64,000 nucleotides of DNA from Octopus sinensis (lineage: Eukaryota), in NCBI RefSeq assembly GCF_006345805.1, contig NC_042997.1:109740001-109804000 (forward strand), written 5' to 3'. Of the stretch, positions 54,840 through 64,000 are shown in pieces (position 1 is the stretch's first letter; the number at the start of each line of letters is the position of its first letter). A program made the translations under genes and the position numbers. The notes below the pieces were generated by a model that worked only from the letters and a program-made list of their open reading frames with translations, was not told the origin of the DNA and did no database searches.

Positions 54840-55593
54840 TATATATAAACCCACATCTACATTTCCTGAAGATGATATTAGGCACACCTTAGGAACGCAA
54901 AAGTGCTGCCTTAGATGGTGTTCCACAAACTTAAAGGCGGTGCTCCAGTATGGCCGCAAAGTGAAAGGAGTAGAGGATGAAAGAAAGAGAAAGGACACTC
55001 TGTCACTTAGAAACTGTTTCTTCTTTTTAGAGGAAGCTTATTCAAACACGATTCATCTACTTACCCTGAATACTCTGTTCCTTACACAAAGTCGACACAA
55101 TAACAAACACTCTCTCCTTTAACTCTTAACTTCATCTCTTCCTTTTACTCTTCTGCCTCCCTCTAATGCGTCCTACATTTGTATCGTAATCTCCTTAACT
55201 GAACAATTGCCATCGCTTTGTTATTTTTCTCCCTTTTTTTCAAAAATTTCAATCCCATTTTCTCTCTCCTTATTCTCTCTCTCCCTATTTTCCGTATTTC
55301 CGTTTTATTTTTTCTCCACCCCTATTCAATGGTTATTACTTGAATCCATTTTAATTGAATAATTTCATTATATTTTTATATTGTCTTTTTTTTTTACTTT
55401 TCTTTCATTCTACACTTCCTTTTCCCATTATACCTTTCTTTAACCTCCCCACCAACACTCACTAATTTTTTTTTAGTATATCCTGTTTGTTTCTTTGCTG
55501 TATGTTTACTTGGGATTAGTAATATCAAGGTCTCCCAATATTAACCCTAGTATTAATCCCAGACTATATCCATTCAGCCGGTGCTTATCAAAA

Positions 55594-55660
<67 letters not shown>

Positions 55661-57029
55661 TGTACATCTCTACCATTTTATCTCTTCTTTCCGCTCCACC
55701 TCGATCACTCCCACCTCCGTTTTTTTTTACTAAATTTCGAATAGCCATGTAGCGCCCCATTCCTACACAAGAAGACCTTTTCTGCTGTAGCCCTACATGA
55801 AGAAGGCTGCGAAACGACCGTAACCCTCAATATGTCAAGAGGTTAAGTAAACATTGTCACGTCTCACACCTCTTCACTTTTTATGGTTTATATATTCCTC
55901 ATGAAATAATTTCATCGATTGAATTGGATTACTATGTTGTCTGTTAGCCGAGTCCGGTAGAGGTGCTTTCTGTGACATTCACGCTATTCTGTGAATCCAT
56001 ATCTTATACTACAAATTTTTGTGTGTGTGTGTGTGTCTGTCTGTCCCCCTGTCTGTCTGTATGAGAAAGGCTTAGTAATAAGAATTCTTGAAGGATCTAT
56101 TTGTTGTTATCCTGTCAACACGTCGCCATTGTGTTTTGTGTTAAGATACCTTTGTTCCACAAGAAGGCCATCTGCCAAAACAAATGGCTTTATTCCTGTA
56201 TCTTTTATTTCTCCAAATCTGATTTATAATAATCTTCGCTAAAACAGCGTTCGAGCTGATAATAATGGCAACGCTGGTGATGGCGTTGGTGTGGATTCCA
56301 GAATGGCAAGTTTGCTGGTGGTTCTAAAAATTACGATTTTCACATAATCTCGTCAGTGATAGGTGAAAGCTTCAATTTCCATAACGAGTGACAGTTGGAT
56401 TCTTGAGTATAAAACTAAATTTGATATGGTCAAGATGGAATAATGAATGGACGAAAAATCTTACTGCTTTCAGTGGTTTTTCCAAATTCTTGCTGACAGT
56501 GCTGTAAAAGAAAAGTACTTATTCCTGTGTATCGTTGAAGGAAAAGTATGCCATAATGGAAAGAAAGTTATCGATTTTGTACAATAATTCTATAACAGTA
56601 AAATAATGGTGGAAGGCTGTTGCGCATGGAATCTTGCGCCTGAAAGTAAGTTTCTTATTCATGAGTGGCAGATCAAATGGAAACCGGTTCGTTTCCAGCC
56701 GTGGCTCATTTATGACTCTGTCATAATCAAACAAATCAGGCAATTCATTCTGTAGAACTGTGATGATGGATTCTCTTCAATCTGCTTTGCTATTTTGCAT
56801 TGTTCTTGGTGAAGAGTAGCACCGCTGGCCACGTGTTTAAAAGGATGGACTAAAACACGGCCAAGACACGCCGGATGTTGCTACGGAGAACCGAAGACTC
56901 TAGGGAAAAGTTGTGACCTCAGGGCATATATACACGTACACACACATACACACACACGCACCCACATACATACATACATACATACATACATACATACATA
57001 CATACATACATGCATACATGCTTACATCT

Positions 57030-57233
57030 TTTACCTTCTACTTGTGTCAGTTATTAGACTGCGGCCATGCTTCAGCACCGCCTTGAGGAATAGTAGTGGA
57101 GCAAATCGATCCAGGTACTTGTATTTTAAGTCTGGTACTTATTCTATCTGTCCGTTTTGTTGAACTACTAAATTATGGGAAAGGAAATATACCGGTTATC
57201 AAGCGTTTGGTGAGGGTGGAGCAAATACATACA

Positions 57234-57267
<34 letters not shown>

Positions 57268-57432
57268 CACACATACACACGATGAGCTTCTTTCAGTTTC
57301 AATCTGCCAAATCTACTCACAATGCTTTGCGAGGCGAGAGTAGAAGACAAATTAACCAAGGGGCCACGCTGTAGGGATGAACCTGGAAACGTGTGGTTGG
57401 GGTGCAAACTTCTTACAACACAGCAACATACA
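57030..57432 (-). mobile_element. SINE type A, degenerate full length
   Basis: Homologous to 3631-4013. Confidence 0.78.
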
Positions 57433-58019
57433 TCGATACATTTATCTATCTACGTACGTGTGTGTGTGTATACATATACACACATGCACACATACTCATT
57501 GAAATTGGAAGGCATGGTTTACAAACTTCGAATGCAGAAACAGTTTAAACAATGGTATTTTACCCCCTCCTGTCATCTTCACCCCCTCCTGTCATCATAA
57601 CTTCCCCTCAACCTATCCTATCACTTCAACCTACCACACCAGCCCCCAAACAGTATCACCTGCCCCTATTACAATATAGTCGTATCCCATTCCCAACCAG
57701 CATAACTCCTCCACCTTGCTCTATCACCTCTCCCTGCCACTGCCATATGGCCCCTTCTTCAGTCTAATCATCCGTCACCACCAACACCTTTTTCACTCTG
57801 ATTATTGCACTTTCTTATCATCCCTGTCTCCTTCCACTTAAATATCTCTTCTTCCTCTCCCCAACCTGTTTATCAATCGCTATGTGTTTATTGGATTGGG
57901 TCGAAATTCATTAAGATTTCATGGGAGTATCCGTGCATGGTGGCGGAAGAAGAGTTAACTTATGTGTACACGCGAGCGTGCACACACACACACACAACCA
58001 CACGCGTATATATATATCC

Positions 58020-58224
58020 ATATATGAATTTTTTGTGTAATGAGATAAAAAAAAATCCAAGGCTGTATAGATATTAGAGCATTTATAGATAGAAGGTCTT
58101 ACAGCTGTTTCTAGAATATTAATTAATAATGATATCCCTTCATCGGAGGCGGTATGAGAGGAAAAGTTAATATCTATACTGCCTTGGTTTTTTTTTTATC
58201 TCATTACACAAAAAATTCATATAT
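58020..58224 (-). mobile_element. PLE-like fold-back element enclosing a hammerhead-like motif
   Basis: 57-bp arms 58020-58076 and 58168-58224; minus CCGATGA-AGGGATAT..ATATTCTA-GAAA-CAGCTG-TA at 58146-58099. Confidence 0.65.
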
Positions 58225-58693
58225 ACACACGCTGACATAGAACCAACGTTGAACCCTTTATTCGCAATATTACCGAATCTGGAACTTAACTATGGTCTGT
58301 CTATAGCACTTATTCAGCATTACCTGACACCTTTGGGTCTCAATGACACCATTATCTCTTATATATATCCATACACATACATATATACAATGTACATCTA
58401 TATGCACACACACTTAAACCTCGCAGACATATACACCCACTGTTCACAAATCCAGATCTACATAATGTTCCAGAGAACTCTTCGGCACCTTGAAGTGCGC
58501 TGCCAATTCTAGTCACTTGTCTTGATGTCATAATAGTGGTAATTTCTGTTAGAAATAAACTGGAAAAAACATCATTCTTTAAAATAAAACAGAAAAAAAA
58601 ACAGACGACACATTTATGCTTTTCTTTGTTTGATGTTATTGAAACAACTAGACTTTAGAAGGATGGACGGTTTTTTGCCTGGCCCCAGCCCTC

Positions 58694-58694
<1 letters not shown>

Positions 58695-58755
<61 letters not shown>

Positions 58756-58825
58756 TGTCTGTCTGTGTCTGTGTGTCTGTGTGTGTGTCTGTGTCTCTGT
58801 GTGTCTGTGTATGTGTGTGTGTGTG
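58695..58825. repeat. (GT)n microsatellite
   Basis: Direct reading. Confidence 0.95.
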
Positions 58826-59129
58826 AGGAGTGTTTGTGTGTGTACGATTATATGTGTGTGTGTCTCCGTGTGCGATCTACTCCCGAGTTTTGACTCGTGT
58901 CTTTTTACATATTCTCAAGTCGAATAATCTCTAAGAGTTTCTTAAATGGAAACTGTGTGGAAGCCCGTAGGATAGACTGTAGCTGTAATTGAAACGCTCG
59001 ACCAAGTCTCATACGGTGCCACCCTAACCGTACCTGAGGATTCTTTTCTCTTTCAACCCTGCATGTGTCTGTGGAGTAATGTGATATACGCAGGATGATG
59101 AATAGAATATGGCTATGTAAGGCGCTCAT

Positions 59130-59290
59130 CGGGAAAACGCTTAGCAGTACTTGTTCTGACTCTACATTCTGAGTTCAAATTCCGCTGAGGTCAAGTTTGC
59201 GTCCCATCCCTTTCGGGGTCGATGCAATAAGTATCAGTTGATTACCTCCCCCAAAATTTCTGGCCTTGTGCTAAAATGTAAAACCAATAT
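59130..59290 (+). mobile_element. SINE type B, degenerate
   Basis: ttctgagttcaaattccgctgaggtc..tttcggggtcgat. Confidence 0.7.
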
Positions 59291-60261
59291 AATATGGCTG
59301 TGTTAAATCTCTAATTTAAAGTACCGTATCAGTTTATCCCGCTGTATGAAGATGACATTCTGGGTCCCAGTGGTGGTTAAATATTTTACACTCTACACTC
59401 TGAATATTCACTACTGTTGGAATCCTCATTTCGTATTCTTAGAGGGCAAAGAACCTTTGAAATCTATAAAAGTCACAACAAAACTGTGCAGTGCCTGAAA
59501 TCGAAGAGAACTTTATCGTTACTGTCTGTTTGAAGTGGTTACTTGTGTTCGTGACATTGGTGGTGATGGAGAAGAGGATGATGACGATGATAATGATAAT
59601 GATGACATTGATGATGATAGTAGCGGTGTTTGTAGAGGTAAAAACGATGATGGGATGATGATGGTATTGTGGGATAACCGTGGTGTTTGTGACTTTTACT
59701 TTTGTAGACAGCGATGGGTTAGCCATTAAGCATAAGAAGCACGTACTTGGGGCATCAAGGGGCGGGATGCACCACAAAAATAGTAAATGGTTTACGGCAC
59801 AAAAGAAATCACTTTAAACTTGCTGAACTTAACATTCATAGTACTTTATATGATTGGAAATATAATTTCGAGTTATTCATGATGCCATAGTGAGACTCTG
59901 AAAGACTTTGCAATTCAAAAGAAAAAACGAAAACTTTTCAAATATAAATAAAGTGGAAATATCCAAAAACAAGAGCACTCAGAAAGCGCAAACCTCCACC
60001 AAGGCAACACCAACGTCTTCTCAACGATTAGCAGGAGATGATTTTTAAAATGAGAATATCTGAAATAAACTCGACTGGTCTCACAAACGAGAATACTAAT
60101 CGAAGATATTTTAGTAGTGACAAATTTCGGTTTATCTCTTTTTCGCTTATTGTATATTTTAGAATTACATCATCCAATGTGACTTCATCGTTTTTGCAGA
60201 TGGTAGAGTGTGATTTGAGTGAAATCTAGCTGTTGTTTTGCGTAGTTTGAATAACTACTTA

Positions 60262-60309
<48 letters not shown>

Positions 60310-61651
60310 CTCTCTCTCCCTCCCTCTCTCCTGAAACATTTGTAAAACCCTTGAAAAAGACATACTATTTAAAGTAGCAAAGCACGACATGGTTAGGAAA
60401 AGGCTGAGCTGGAGACAACACACACACACACACACACATATATACCACACCACACACACATACACACAAACACACACACGCACTCTCTCTCTCTTTAATA
60501 TGAGAGAGAGAGAAAGAGAGAGAGAGAGATTTAATAGTTGGGTGAGATGTAAAAAGGGATAGGTAGTGATAGGCTGAACAAGTAATCGTAAAGAGTGACA
60601 GCGAGTGATAGAGTGAGTGATAGTGGATGCTATTGAGTGATAGACCGAGAGACTGATGATGGCGGCGATAGATTGAGAGAATGTTAGAAGGCGATAAATT
60701 AGAAGTTGTAAATGAATAAATAAAATTAGACATGGCAGAACGAAAGTAAAAAATGGCGGTTTAAATATATTATGACGAGAAAAAGAAGGAAGAACAGAGA
60801 GGAAGTTGAATTCAGGACAATTATAGAGAAGGGGGAAAAAAGAGAAAACTGAAGAGGTGTTTAAGAGGGAGAGAATCTAAAGTGTGAATAGTTTTTAGGA
60901 AGGTGATATAATAGGGGGAAGGTGATAACGAGAGAGAAAGAAAGAAAGAAAGAAAGAGAGCAAGAAGTTGTGCGAGAGCTAAATAAATGCCAGACCCATA
61001 TAGAGAATGTAGTTTGAGTTAATGGTCAATAAGTGATTTCTCTCGTATTACAAGGTTCCCAAGACGATATACGAAGTGTAAATATTTCATTTTGCTCTCA
61101 AAATCTCTTGATTTCCTGGCAGGTCACAACTGAATGCCGCGCTTTTCGTGCAAAACAGTTATTTTATATATTTTGGTGTCGGTTGTCAATAAATAGAATC
61201 CATTTAGTCTGAAGAGAGTAAACAGCAATGGCCTCTCTTTTTGAAGAGGCACGGCATCTTCACGTGACTAGAGGCAAGTGTCCTTCCAAGATACACGAAC
61301 CAACATGTACATTGCTATAAGCAATTAGGGAAGAGTGGGGCGTGGGATGGGGGGGTTCATTTCACGACTTTTGGGTCCTTTTATTTTGTTTTTGACTTGA
61401 ATTGAACCAACTCTAACGACGTTGTTGCTATTTACTTTGCTGGACCCTGGATGAAAGAAATGCAATTGTCGAACTTAGTGATTCGAAAGCAAATTAAAAA
61501 ACGTGAAGAATTTCAGACTGTGTGTCAGGCAATAGTGTTTCTCTTAAGAGTCATGAAACCAGAGATGTTTGCTTTTAGTGTCATAGGAATCAAAGACATT
61601 CATACTTTTCCCTTAGAACTTTCAAGCAGTCAGTGAAAATAATGCAGTGGT

Positions 61652-61694
<43 letters not shown>

Positions 61695-61697
<3 letters not shown>

Positions 61698-61875
61698 GTT
61701 AGGGTTTAGGGGACAGTATCAATGGAGTGCCCAGTGGAGCTGCTGCAAAACGTTTCCCTCCTTTGCACTGCCAGAATCGTCAGGAAAATAATATTAGATA
61801 ATTGAAGAGAACAAATTGCATGGTAGCATAGGCTACAGGTAGTAAGCCTGCTACTCATATAAGATTCCAGGGGTT
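61695..61875 (+). mobile_element. R4/Dong-type LINE 3' end preceded by (TAA)n
   Basis: 61731-61805 reads PVELLQNVSLLCTARIVRKIILDN*; 3' UTR homologous to 52240-52310; (TAA)n 61653-61694. Confidence 0.75.
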
Positions 61876-62408
61876 TCGGGCAATGAATCCGGTGGCTTTT
61901 GATCTTAATTGATTGGAAGTGTTATCGGGTACATGTCTTGTCTTATTGTAAAATATGTACTACAGCAAATATTCTGCCCAATACCACAAATTTGCTTGTC
62001 ACCTTAACCACTTGAGCATGCCCCTTGGTGGCTGATGATATATGAATCTCTGATCACGAGCAGGAGTATGGGTGGCATCATAGCCATAGTTTGAGAGGGA
62101 TTCTTTAGGGTTTTTATAATTCACTCCTAGTAACATGGGTATTTCGGTCATCATCATTAAACAATCCTTATTTAGGGACCTTTTGAGCAGGATGAGCTTC
62201 TCGACCTGAACAAACTGGGACCTACATGCTTGGTCATGCCTGTGTATTTTGATACGAGATCACCATGTGGCACACGTATGGTCGTGATGCATGTGGTTGG
62301 TGTACCCTTATCAGAGGGGTAGTTGAGCTGCGTATATTTGTACCCCAACGTCACTTTGATGGCGTATGCTGCTCTCTCACCCAATAACAATAAACACTTC
62401 TATTGGAA

Positions 62409-62787
62409 GCACAATGCCTCAAATTTGTGTGGGGGGTGTTAAGATGATTTCATCAACCCCAGTGCGTGACTGGTACTTAATTTGATCGACCCCGAAATGA
62501 TGAAAGCCAAATTCGACGTCGGCGGAATTTGAACTCGGAAAGTAACGACAGACGAAATACCTATTTCTTTACTACCTACAAGGGGCTAAATACAGAGAGG
62601 ACAAACAAGGACAGACAAAGGGATTAAGTCGATTATATCGACCCCAGTGCGTAACTGGTACTTAATTTATCGACCCCGTAAGGATGAAAGGCAAAGTCGA
62701 CCTCGGGGGTATTTGAACCCAGAACGTAACGGCAGAGGAAATACGGCTACGCATTTCGCCTGGCGTGCTAACGTTTCTGCCAGCTCG
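62409..62787 (-). mobile_element. Two tandem or nested SINE type B copies (long tail 62561-62787, restart, short tail 62409-62560)
   Basis: On minus, tail ...gtaaagaaatag runs directly into gtatttcgtctgtcgttac. Confidence 0.85.
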
Positions 62788-64000
62788 ACTAATAATAACA
62801 ACCCTTTCTTCAATCGATGTACCATTTCAATTATTCCTCGTCAGGAATACAAATAAAAATGTAGCTTTGAACAAATCCCAAAGAAGGAATGGAAACTGTA
62901 GAGAAATTGCAAAACGAAACGGAAACCATAGTCTTAAAAAATAAAAAAAAAGATCTTAATAATGTATAATGTTTATTTTTGAGTAATGGAGGAAGTAAAT
63001 GGAATCACGTGATGGCAATTGTGTGGGGAATAGAAGATCTCTTGGAGTCATTTCCAAGAATGTTATCGCTGCTGCATATGTTTGTCTTGAAATTTAGTTT
63101 TTATTCGACTCCAGTTTCGACACGTTCGGATGGTTTCGCCCTTATTTGTTTAAAATGTAACTGCAACCACAGAGCAAGAGGGATTAAATCATTGACATGG
63201 AAGGACCGAGCAGAAAGAGGAAGCGGTGGTGGTGGTGGGGGGTTGTGTAGTGTAGATGATGATGTTTTGTTGATGCAATAACGAAACGCTGGATAATGAA
63301 GATAAAGAGATGAGGGGATCATTAATGAAGAGGCAGTAAAGAAAAATAATAGAAATTAATTTCGTGACAGTGGCCGGGGTGATGTGTGGATGCTGACGTG
63401 GGACATGATTCGAAAAAGAAAAAAAAGCTGCGGTTGTTTTAGTTTAAAAAAAAAGGTGATTCCTATATTTAAAAAAACAAACAGACCAAAACCTATTTTA
63501 GAAAAGTGTTGTTTAAACGTTGTGCTTCCTTAAGCCGACTAACAAGGAATCACCAGCTCCGAATATTGAGATTAATGGTTTTATGCTTGTTTAGAAAATT
63601 TACTTTATTGATATTTATTTAGCCCCCACCCACCCCTCATCTCCAGCCCTTGAGGTTTGCCAAATTTAGCCTTTATCCTCAAATGACATGATTTTACCAT
63701 TATAGAGAATTTCCAATGAAAAGATAGAAGAGTGTTATTTAAAAAGAAAATAATAGAATTTAAGAATAAAAGAAAGAAAATAACATCAGTTATTATTTTT
63801 AAATCGGGGTGGGGGCTAACGTAAAACAAGACAAAAATAAATGACTGCCATTGAAATGGTAGTTTAAAGGGTGGTGGAGTGAGAAATGGTAATTTGACTA
63901 GTGGAACGATGAGAACGACAAGAACAACGCTGATTGATTTCGATTAGGTAGAAAGCTCTTCATTTACACAAGAAAATGCGATGTAATGGTCTTCATGCCT

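Overview
AT-rich, microsatellite-saturated eukaryotic DNA with no supportable protein-coding gene, rRNA, true tRNA or CRISPR array. It is most likely intronic or intergenic octopus (cephalopod) DNA, inferred from the tRNA-derived SINE families and the repeat density. Nearly every ORF in the supplied track is a translated simple repeat. Recognisable content: (1) four recurring tRNA-headed SINE types (my labels A-D), often nested or in tandem; (2) four 3' fragments of an R4/Dong-type restriction-like-endonuclease (RLE) LINE, three abutting (TAA)n; (3) an RTE LINE 3' end; (4) a mariner remnant with an internal inversion, and several MITE-like palindromes; (5) a near-identical 1.13 kb tandem duplication; (6) a set of fold-back or tandem elements resembling Penelope-like pseudo-LTRs. 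Several of these carry minimal hammerhead-ribozyme-like motifs (CUGAUGA..GAAA followed by an 8-nt palindrome: AATCGATT, AACCGGTT, ACAGCTGT). One is a ~305-bp hammerhead-to-hammerhead unit resembling a retrozyme. All hammerhead-like copies are degenerate, so activity is not claimed. All alignments were done by eye; coordinates of old repeats are approximate.
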